Source: Paraspadella gotoi (lineage: Eukaryota; Animalia; Chaetognatha). From it: a stretch of 64,000 nt of DNA. The stretch spans positions 14,792,046 to 14,856,045 of the forward strand of contig CM119270.1 in NCBI GenBank assembly GCA_051294375.1. The letters are read 5' to 3'. A program made the position numbers and the translations under genes. The notes under the pieces were generated by a model. The model was not told where the DNA came from. It worked only from the letters and a program-made list of their open reading frames with translations, and did no database searches. Each line of letters opens with the position of its first letter. Position 1 is the first letter of the stretch. This document shows, one piece after another, positions 13,467 through 24,426 of the stretch.

Positions 13467-13992
13467 TTTTCTTTTTTCTTTTTTTTCTTTTTTTCTTTTT
13501 TCTTTCTTTTTTGCCTTTCATTCTCTCACTTTTTCTCTTCTTTGCTTTTTTGTTATTAATATAATTGACAAAAAAAAAAAACAAAAAACAAAAAAAACGG
13601 TCTAATGATCCCTGGGAGAGGATGAAAAGGAGGAGGTGATAAGAAGGAAGTGTAATAACCCGCGTCTTCTATCACCTTTTTATACCGAATAGCGACAAGA
13701 ATTTTTACAACCAAAAGCCATAATGAATATCCCCAGCATATGGGAAAGATATCACGCCTTCTGAATGTCTATTCTATTCTCTCTTTTTTTGCGCCGCCAT
13801 TTTGATGCACTCTTTCGTTCCCGCTTTCCTTTGTGACTTTTTTTGTGATTCCTCTCACGTTCAGTGAGTTTCGGATTGATCTCATTCGGAATCAATCAAA
13901 TCCGTGAATTTTAGAGGCCGTGTGGATAATGCTACGCCAGCATACTGGCCAGTGGATTAATTCCTCTCTCTCTCTTTCTCTCTTCTTCTCTC

Positions 13993-14050
<58 letters not shown>

Positions 14051-14410
14051 CTCTCTCTCTCTCTACTCTCTCCACCTATTAGACTGGTATGTTTAATGCT
14101 TAATTTCTAACAAGGAGTGACTTACATTTTAGAGAGAGTCAAGTCACGGTGATTATATTCCGCGCCTCGAGCGAAAAGCTCACCGCAGTTCTCGACCGAT
14201 TTTGGCTAAACGTTCTTTTTACGTGATCAGGGTTTTCGTTCCTGTTCTTAGTGGCAAGTCACGTGCAAGTCAGAACAGTACGTGCAATCCAGGAAACATG
14301 TTACGTGCGATTACGTTAGTTACACGTGCGACAAGCGGATGACGTCATCCTGACCTGCCGCGCGGTCGCTTGCTTCCGCCATTTTTTTCTTCCTTCGAGG
14401 CGCAAAAAAC

Positions 14411-14462
<52 letters not shown>

Positions 14463-15560
14463 CTCTCTCTCATCTCTCTTCTCCTCTCTTTCTATCTTTA
14501 CCTCTTTCACTTTCCTATTTTCTCGTATCCCTTTCAGTAGCCCACCTCACTTCTAAACATCCGACGTTAAGATGGAATCTTAAACGTTTTTGCTTTATCT
14601 TCTTTCTTATTATTTTAAAATAGTTAATTATTTTATTTCTTATTCGGAGCCCTCAAATAGTTCAAACGAAAAACGACGGAGACGGACAACGGACGAAGGA
14701 ACGACGACGATTATTCAACCTAACTTCTTAGTCCAATGCCAATTCATCTGAGTCTAATTTTCTTTCAGGTCCTACGAGGGTCGCCGATCCAAGACTAAGA
14801 ATTTCAACAAGGAAACACAAGAACGAAAGAAAAAAAACACAGTAAACTAAAATTCAACAAAAGGAACGAGAACTGCGGATCTTCGCCGTCGTCGTCTTTG
14901 TTCGTTTCCTCGTCAGTCGTCTTCGTCGTCGTCGTCCCTTCGTCGATGCAGTTTACGTCGTCTCCGCACTTCAGGTTGGAAAGGTAGAAACAGTCGCGAG
15001 AAAAGAAAAGATAAAAAAAAAAAAGAGATGGAGGAAAGGAAAGAAGAGAGAGTTGGCAGGTTGGAGCGAAGTGGGAGTAAAAAAATTTGAAAGAAAAAAG
15101 TGCGAGAAAAAATCGGGTAGGATGAAGATGCGAGAAGGGAAAGAAAAATACGAGGGGGGGGAGGGAAGAAGATTAAGGAATCGGATCAGTATTTGGGAAA
15201 GATGAAGAAGAAGGAAAGGGTGAAAAGGAAGTAAATGAAATTGAAGAAGTTGAGAAGAAAATAGAGAGAAAAAATTAAGTAATGGAAAAGAAAGAATGAA
15301 AATGTTAGGAAATTAGTTGTGGAAGGAAAGAGAAAAGACCAAACAAGACCAGAGAAAGAAGAAAAGAAGGGAAGAAAGTAAAAGGTAACTGGCTGTACGA
15401 TGAACCGGTAGGAATGAAAGGCGAAGTCAATGCGAGGAAAGCCAATTCCTTTGCGATTAGAATCTCACAATTAAATGAGATGAATGAATTTGGATCATGC
15501 CACAGTGAGAAATGAAATGTCGTGATTACCAAGAACAGAAGAGAAAGACGAGAGAACAGA
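11970..15560 (-). repeat. Inverted (fold-back) copy of about 60-3700
   Basis: For example, 12012-12035 is the reverse complement of about 3660-3682, 12650-12800 of the GC-rich block 2925-3075, and 15515-15540 of about 96-120. Confidence 0.92.
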
Positions 15561-18500
15561 GAGAGAGAGAGACGAATGAGAGAGAGTTGAGAGAGATAGA
15601 GAGGAAGAGATGGAGAGAAGGGAAGAGAGAATGAGAAGGAGAGAGAGATGAGAGAGAGAACGAGTTACTTCTCTCTCTCTCTCTTTTTCCTTCTTGATCT
15701 GTTCCGCAATCTTTTTTATTTTTATCGTTGACGACATCAAAAGATTCGAACGACATCACGTATCAACGGTCCGCGATGTTGGAAAGGAAATTGGATGTCC
15801 TTGAAGGCCGAAATTCGATGGGTCGTCTGGTCGGGATTCGATCTCGGAGGTTTTTCGTTAACAATGATTTGAAATTTCCTGCTTATTGAACCGTACGAGT
15901 GTTTTATGTTGTAAATTTGTAACTTTGTTCTTGTACTTGTACTGTTGTAATTATATCGAGTGCTTGATTTCGTAAAACGATTATTAAAAACAAGAACGGT
16001 AATTCCAATGTTGTTGCGCCGCAGTGACTTCTATTTTTCAGTGTATGAGTATGGACCATGACATGACTATGACATGAACATGATATGACTAGAAACTTTC
16101 TTTAGCCCATGTATTTATGACATGCACTCACTCAAAATTCCGGTATTATTACTCCTAATATAAGTCTTTAGGATTTCCTAATGACGGCGCTAGCGTCACT
16201 TAGATTGATTTTTTTTTTATTGCCTTAACTACATGAGCAACCAACTATAGTGCGAATTTGTTTAATCATTTTTAATGGCAAAGTGAAGGACAGACCAATG
16301 GACAAACCGGTATCAACGGGACCGACAGACGGACCAAAAATTGACTTATTTGAGTTGCTCCGAGAGTACTCGCGGCGCCAATGAAAAAAAACATGCAGAT
16401 TTGTTTCTCGCAAATTCACAACTAAAAAAAAAAGATGAGAGTTGAGAAACAGCGATGAAAGTGCGGACCGTAACAGTGAGGCGCTACGACCACGCCTCCA
16501 GATTATCCGCGACACGAAGCAAGAGGATTTTAAGGAGATCAAAACGGAATGACGAGTGACGGTTAGAGTGGAGGCAACGAGGTGCCTGCGTTAGGTGGCC
16601 GAATGGGGGGGGGGAGATGTGAAGGACAAAGTGGGGGAAAGAAGGTCTGACTGGAATGAGCGTCTCACGCTTGATTGATGGTGCAAGATGCGCGTTTTGT
16701 GTTGCGATGGGTCGGCCAGAGGAGGCGCACCGCGCAAAGGAAAAGGAAGCATTAAGGGAAGAAAAAAAAAGAAAATTAAATAAAAGGTTTGGTTGTTTTT
16801 TGAGGCGAAACGGAAAAAAAAACAGAATGGTGATTCATGTGTTGCGCCGCAGTGACTTTATGTTTCACGGTATTCTCTTGATCACCATTGATATGACATG
16901 ACATGACATGAGTTAAAAACTTTCTGTACCCAGTGTATTTATGACATGCACTGCATTTTGAGGTCTTTATTTTCCTTCTTGTTTAGCGATTCCTGGAAGG
17001 CAGGCGTCAGCAGTCCCTTAGATTCGAGGTATTTTCCTGTTTAAACATGAGCATCCAACTATAGCGCGAATTATATGGGAGGAGGAAAAGGGGCGGGGAT
17101 GAAAAAACAAAATGAAGTTAAGCTAAGAGGAGGATTTAATACAACGTTAGGAAATCCAGGGGAAAGGGAGATGAGAGGAAGAGCAGACGGAAAAAAATGG
17201 CTCCCCCTTACGGAAAAAAAAGGGGGGGATTTGAAGGGAAGGTTTTTTTCCACTTTCGGGGGTGAAAAAGGGGAAAGATGAAATCGGGAGAGGCAGAGCA
17301 TAGAGATAGAGGAGCGACGAGAATAGGCGTTAGGTCATAAGCAGAAGGAAAAAAAACAAATTGCGGATGAAGGGACCAAATCTTGGGTTGAGATTTGATG
17401 AGGAGAGAGAAGAGAGAGAGAGATGAGGATAGAGAAGAGAGAGAGAGAGAGGAAAACAGACTGGCGAGGCACGAGGGGGAGAGAAAAGTGCTTAGTGTGG
17501 TGAAAAAATTCGGGGAAGGCGACGCCTTTTTAGCATCGACGCTTTACTTCACAAAGATTTTCTGAAGAGATGACGACAAGCCGTCGTCGACGACGACGAC
17601 GACGAGAACGATAAACATGAGGCGGTAAACAACGCGGACGCATGACGCGAATTCGCGTCTTCGTTCGCCCCATGAGGTGGAATGTCCTCCTAGGTCACAA
17701 AAAGGGCGTCATTTAATGTCTGTCTCGTGTCTATTCCGTCTATCACCATTTTCTTATGGTCTCTTTTGTTTTTTCGACTGTACACCGTCAGTGGCGGTTT
17801 ATATAAACCGTTGTTATCTTTTTTTTATTTACGATTTTTATTTGTTCTACGATGTAAATGTTATGCTTAGTTTCTTTGAAGATGGCCGGTTGACGATTTG
17901 ACGAAAATTTTTTTAAATGCGAAGAATCATTCCGAACCACAGGGAACATACAGGCTTAACAACTCGCTGATGTCTATGGTTTATATTGGCCGAATAGAAA
18001 CAATCGACCATCATATTTGTTTGTAAAATGAGTGTGTTAATATATAAATTAGACTGAAAGCTTTCAATGCATTTCTTGCTAAGATAAATGGCGAAGACAA
18101 CCAAAGTCCAAAGTAGGGAACGAAATTAGAATGCAGTTGATTCATAGCTGGAGCTATTATTTCGTAACACCCATGTCCATCTTAATTAGCTTCCAGTGCC
18201 GATAATTGTATTCCTCTCCGTTTGATTGGCTCCCCTTTTCCGCAATCGCTTCAGTTCTTCTAGATTTCAAATTATTGTCGCCACTCGAAGAAATCCTCCA
18301 ATCAACGAAGCGCGTTATGTCAACGCCACCCGGACCAAGGGCCGAGTACGATGGTCCATTTACGCTACGAATGGAGGAGACATGACCTCGATATTGCATC
18401 TGCTCTCGTCAACGGCTCTTCCAGAACTCGCAAAACATGTTACGGAGAGGGGAAGACCCGACGACCGGCAACAAGACAAAAGATGTAAATATATAGCTAA

Positions 18501-18793
18501 ATTACTTGTTACTTATTGGTTTCGAAAAAAAAAAAAAAAAAACAAATTGGTTAAGGCGAAAACTTAACGACTACACGAATGTTTTATTTTTTTTTAAACC
18601 TCAAAATGTTCACATTGTTCAGTTCAGACCCTAACTGCAAATGCAAATGCACGATTCTTGACCAAATTAGATTAAACGACCTGCTGTGATCTCGACGTCG
18701 GGATCGTCGTACTGGTCATCTTGTCGTCGTTAATTCGCTCGTTGTTGTCTCAGTCTTATTCATCTCAGGATCGTCATTTTCGCTATTAGCGCC
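14872..18793 (+). CDS. Candidate spliced secreted or type I membrane protein gene (inverted copy of exon 688-784 plus further exons)
   Basis: Noisy copy of the leader exon at about 14872-14974. A phase-1-compatible exon from 15744 reads (D)SNDITYQRSAMLERKLDVLEGRNSM. An exon-like block at about 18263-18484 follows ttcttctag. A hydrophobic block at about 18670-18793 (DLDVGIVVLVILSSLI...IVIFAISA, needs indel corrections) ends at gtgagt. Confidence 0.3.
16010..17073 (+). repeat. Two diverged direct repeats of about 240 bp (about 16010-16258 and 16838-17073)
   Basis: Both start tgttgcgccgcagtgactt, contain (gacat)n and gtatttatgacatgcact, and end acatgagca.ccaactatag.gcgaatt. Confidence 0.75.
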
Positions 18794-20249
18794 GTGAGTA
18801 CGAGTAGTAAAACCTCACTATTCTCTTCCAACGGAGCTCTTGTCTTGGGCGGTGAAAGAAATATGACGTCGTACGTTTGGCGGTGAAGGAATCTCTTGCC
18901 CGTGAGCCAAAGTATCTCTCTCTTTTTTTNNNNNNNNNNNNNNNNNNNNNNNNNTTTTTTTTTCTCTCTTCCTCCCTTTCTCTCCTTCTCTTACTCTCTC
19001 CCTCGCTCCCTCTTTCCTCTCTCCCTATCACTCTTTAATTCCACATGATGGAGCTCCGTTTTTTTTTTCATTGACCATTAGGCGAAAAATTCAGATTTCT
19101 CTCTGGATTCTGAAAAAAATTCCCGATGATATTATGATATTTTCCGGGCATATATAATTATAAATTTATGCGTTTCAAACATATACTTTTCGAGTTGCCA
19201 TTCTGGTAAGAACACAACTAGTATCATTCAAAAACAATGCTGCTCGATATCAATCACTGACTTGATCAATGATGCCAATTGTTTTCTCTTAATATCGACC
19301 TGAAACTCGGTTTTCCTTTGGCTTTTCTCTTTGTGGTTTTAACGAGACCTAATAAGACCGTAAAGCCGATCGAACATACGAACTTAGTCCTTGTTTGGAT
19401 CATCGAAAATTAGTGATATGTTATTAGCCCATTTTTTTGTACTGACGGCTACTCTTAAAGGCTGATTTAAAATCAAAGTAATTTGGTGATTTTTGAGAAC
19501 ACCCCGCCGTCACACCTGCTTTTTTTTTCAAGGCGACGTTTCTCTCAGTTTTAATAGAAAAAGAGACTCGCAGATTTTTCAAGAGAAATTCGACGCTGAA
19601 AAAAAAAAAGTTTTGCGGATTTTGGATTCAAGATGGCGACGACAACTCGTGGCGTTTGATGGGAGAGGATTTAGCCGCAGATGATCGAAACTGGCGGAGA
19701 AGAGATGAGATGAGATGAGATCTGATAGGATGGTACATGAGATAATTTAAGATGAGATTAATTGAGATCGCATGGGAAGAGAAGAGAAGACATTAATAGA
19801 GAAGAAAAGAGAAAAGAAGAGAAAAGAAGAGAAGAGAAGAGAAGAAAAAAAGAAGATGAGGAAAGAGATAAGAGAAGAAACGACTAAATAGAGAAGTGAA
19901 GACATGTTAAGATAAGCGAAAAACAGGATGAGTTGAGATGAGAAGAGATTAAACGATATAATATGATCCTTTATGTCTTCCACCTAATGAGGCGATACAT
20001 AACAAAACAGGAGAGGAAAAATATATGAGGGGTCGCTCCCGTTTTCGACGCTCTTGATAAATGAGAAACTATCAAAAAAAATGTTCTAATTAAGAGTGTG
20101 ACCAAAAGAGGGGAAAGAAGGAATAAGGGAAGATATAAAGGGAAAAGAAGGGGAAAGAAGAAATAGTGGGGAAATAGTAAAAAGGAAAAAAGAGAGAAAC
20201 CGAGAACAAGTGAGAAGAAAGAAGGATTAAGGGAAGATATAAAAGGAAG

Positions 20250-20515
20250 GATGAGAGAAATTGAGAACAAGAGAGGGGAAAGTAGAAATGGTGGGGAAAT
20301 AGTAAAAGGGAGAAAGAGAGAAATTGAGAACAAGAGAGGGGAAAGAAGGAATAGTGGGGAGATATTAAAAGGGAGAAAGAGAGAAATTGAGAACAAGAGA
20401 GGGGAAAGAAGGAATAGTGGGGAGATATTAAAAGGGAGAAAGAGAGAAATTGAGAACAAGAGTGGGGAAAGAAGGAATAATGGGGAGATAGTAAAAGGGA
20501 GCAAGAGAGAAATTT
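20250..20515. repeat. 63-bp purine-rich minisatellite (also about 5005-5325 and 28630-28990)
   Basis: Unit gagaaattgagaacaagagaggggaaagaaggaatagtggggagatattaaaagggagaaaga; shows up in the ORF track as the 21-aa REIENKRGERRNSGEILKGRK repeat. Confidence 0.85.
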
Positions 20516-21182
20516 GAGCAGAGAAACTGATTTGGGAATCGCGTCGAATTGACATATCGTTATGGTAATTTTTACAGACGACGACTGCAAGAAAGCAGAC
20601 GCCGATGTTTACAGTTTGGATTGAATGGAAAAGGATTGGCGCGGAAGTTTCGGCCCGGTCTTCGCCAAAACTGAAATTATTTGCGGAATATGTAATGTAT
20701 TATCCCAAAAATACTATTCTGGAACAAACATATTACATAATTTGACCAAATCTGCTCCGCGTTCTGTTTGTTGTTACATTGACTTTTGACTACGTGGACG
20801 TGACGATGACGACGTGGACAACGACGACGGTGACAATGAATGACTATTACGACGACGACGACGACAATTAAAAGAATTTGTGGACGGATAAACTCTTTGA
20901 ATTAAGTCAATGGATGAAAGTTGGCCAAAAGAAAAGAAAAAGAGGCGAGGAAATTAGAAAAAAAAAGGAAAGAGAGGATGAGGCGAGAAATGGAGGAAAG
21001 AAAAATGAAAAAGAAAAATGAAGCGAGAAAGAAAAATTGAAAAAAAAGGCGAGAAAACGAGAAAAACTGGAAGAAAATGAAAAGGAAAAATAGTAAGACT
21101 AATATTTTTAAAATAGGGAAAAAGAGAGAAAGAGGTAAAAGTAAGAGAAAAGAAAAGATTAAAATAGGATAAAGGACGAAAG

Positions 21183-21225
<43 letters not shown>

Positions 21226-21382
21226 AAAACGGGAAACACGAATAAAACAAGCGAACAATTAGCGAACAAGCAGAAAAAAGAGAGAAGACAAACAAACGGA
21301 TTCTTGTGAATTTAATTAAAACGAGAGGAAAACGATTATTTCGTCGTCACGGAATAAAAACAAACAAATTGACAATGGAAGG

Positions 21383-21482
21383 TGATAAGGAGCAGGCGAT
21401 AAGGAGCAGGCGATAGGGAGCAGGCGAAAAGGAGAAGGCGATAAGGAGCAGGCGATAAGAAGCAGTCGATAAGGAGCAGGCG
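21383..21482. repeat. 14-bp minisatellite gataaggagcaggc (also about 6185-6283 and 29975-30056)
   Basis: About 7 consecutive near-identical units. Confidence 0.85.
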
Positions 21483-24336
21483 GCCATCCTCGGGGTTTTT
21501 TAGCATTAAATTTCCTCGTTTACTTTATTTTTTTTTAATTAAAAACTCGACGTCGCGATTAAAAATAAATTTTTATAATTTTATTACCAAAATCGAAAGT
21601 TAAATCTTTCGATTCCAGTCGATCAAAAACCCACATAGAACGCAAACCGCAAATTGTGGAAAGTATAATATTATACAAATAATAAACAGACTACACCCGA
21701 ACAAAGATACACAATTTGTGCTTTCTCCATTTCCTTCTTTATGTTCATTGTTCGGGTAATCACCGCTTGATATAGTTCTAGTCTCGATATTTTTTAAAAA
21801 AAAATTTTAAAAATTTAATCAGGTGATGAAAGAAAAAAACAAATGACAAAAACAATTATTTTCATGTTTTTGGTTGTTCGCGACTCCAATTATTTCTTTT
21901 TTTTCCCCCAGAAAAGAATTTTTTTTTCTGAAATAACAACTGAAAATCTATTTTCTCCTTTTCTGCTGCTGATGCTGATGTCGCGCTGGTTCCATTCCAG
22001 AAAAGAATCTCTCTCGCAGCCAAACGGCGAAAGAAGAAATTGAAAAAAATATAGCTCCATCTTTCTCTCTCTCTCTCTCTTTCTTAACCTCTTCCTCCAC
22101 CCCTGATTTAAAATCCGGCAGGAGAGGCAGCCATATTTTTTCATGAATAATTCTTCGTTAAAGATTAAAAAAAGATTCCCCGTTTTTCTTTTTGTTTTTG
22201 TTTTTTTTAAGATACCAAAAAGAGAGAGAGAGATTTATGAAGAAATAAAAACGGTTAAAATAAATGCATGAATTAAACATTGATGAGAGATGGAAATAGT
22301 AGAGAGAGAGATATAGTGGTTATCGTGAAGAGGGGGAGGAAGAAGTAGGATAAAAAGGAACGGGCGTTGATCCCGGGTGCAGAGAAAGTTGGTCAACGTG
22401 CAATAGCGTGTCGATTGGAAAAGATATGCGAGGGATTGGAGAGAGGAGCTGGGGGGAGGAGCAGAGGGGGGAAACAGGGTAGGGGAGCAAAAACAGGCAA
22501 ATATGTGGGAGTGAAGAATCAGAGCGTGGACGGGATGGAAAAGGATGGCCGGATCTGGAATAGGGGGCGGCAGGCCGAGACTGAGCGTGGCGGGGAAATA
22601 TTACATCATGACGGAATGCCCTGTTTTCTTACGCTGTACATGGAGGTGTAAAAGAAAGTGAGAGAGAGAGCGAGAGAGAAAACGCAATACAGAGAGCGAG
22701 ACGGAGGCGGAAACGCGGAGAGAATAAAAGGAATTTGCTTGAATAAAATCCTGATTAGAGAAACATTTGTGCGTTGTCAAGGCAAAAGAAGGCCGAAACC
22801 GCCGACGCAGTCATTTGACGCTGCCGACGCAGTCAGTAGACGATGACTGTTGCGGGTTTTTCTCTCATAAAACAAACGCTATACGGGGATTAAGTAGTCC
22901 AATTATAATTCCATTTAATAATAAAGACGCGATTCCAATTTGACATTATTAAACGTATATAGACAAACATAAGGACAAACGTGAATAGGCGAGGACAAAC
23001 GCTTAAATCTAAAGAGAATTTAATTATTAATTTCACAAATAATTTCAAGTATTCAACAAAAATATTACCTTAGTTTCAATAAGTTTAAATCTCTTAAATA
23101 CTACTTTTGACCAATAAGAAGCTAGAATTGAGGTTAGGAAAAATAAGGAAACTTTAAACCAATAGGAAAGCAGGAATTATTAAGTCACGATTCTGACTCT
23201 AAATATAGGTTCGTTTCCTCGATTCGAACGGACAGAGTTAAACTCAGATAAAATCATTAAATATCTCTAACAATGACAGTCGACACTGTCGTTAGAAGCT
23301 GCGAAAAAGCGCTGAAGACTCTGCCACTCCAGTTGGCGTCGTCAGATGGTTCGTCGCCGCCACCGACGCCGTAACGAGAAGTATTAAAAATTATTATGTA
23401 TAACATATAACATAGTAACATAGTACTCTGGGAGTGAATAAACGGGACTGTGATAGAGTCTTGATTGAAAGCTTGCAGGGACCTGCTATGTAATTATCTT
23501 GTAAGAGTGATGGAGGCCTTAAACCACCAAAGCCTGTCCAAAGTCAGGGGCAAGATAACTTATTTATTAAATGAATGGATAATTTTTATATTGGTTGTAC
23601 CAATTTCATATAACAAAAAATATAAAGACGTCAAGTATATAATGGAAGCAACGTTCAAAAATAATTCCAAAAACAAAAACAAAAAATATGAAAAAAAAAA
23701 TCTTAAATGTTATAACCTTAAAATAAAAACGTTCAAGATAAAGGTAGTAAGAAAAATTTTCTAATGGATCTATTGACGTATCTCTGCACTTGCGACGTTA
23801 CATTCGGCCTTTTGGCATTTGTTGTAATAACAATTCCTACCAAATTAAACCTAAAAAAGAATTCTCTCACATTTTAATAAAATTACGAATCAATTTTTCA
23901 ATATTACTCGAGTATTTTTTGTTTTGTTTTTTTTCAAAACTCATCTATTGATATAAAATTTAGTATTTTTTTGTAAAAACATCAATATGCAAATAGGATT
24001 TTAAGATGAATATCCAATCAATTTTGTGACATAGACAGCCGAAAAATGAAAAAAAAAAATATTTTGGCTTAAATGCTTTGTGCCATTGTCTGTGGTAAAC
24101 TAGGGGAGAACAGTTTAAAAAGGAGAAAGACTTTCAGATTGGCATGACGGTTGCAAGTTCAGTAGCGTTAGTTCCAGAGGCAGAGCAAACTGGTAAGTTT
24201 TTCTTGTCAATTGCATCTTACCCCATTTCACTTCCTGCCTCACGCATGTCACCGTCGTCACTGTCAACGCCTCCGTAGCCGTCGCCGTCGCCGTCGCCGT
24301 CACTTTCTCCGAATAATCGCTATATCACAATGAAGA

Positions 24337-24340
<4 letters not shown>

Positions 24341-24423
<83 letters not shown>
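24341..24423. repeat. (GA)n microsatellite, representative of dozens of GA/CT tracts in the window
   Basis: Perfect dinucleotide run. Confidence 0.95.

Positions 24424-24426
<3 letters not shown>

Noticed and set aside
20251-20517. Protein with 21-aa repeats (REIENKRGERRNSGEILKGRK)
   Set aside because: A 63-bp minisatellite; the frame is not kept in the other copies and there are no splice signals.
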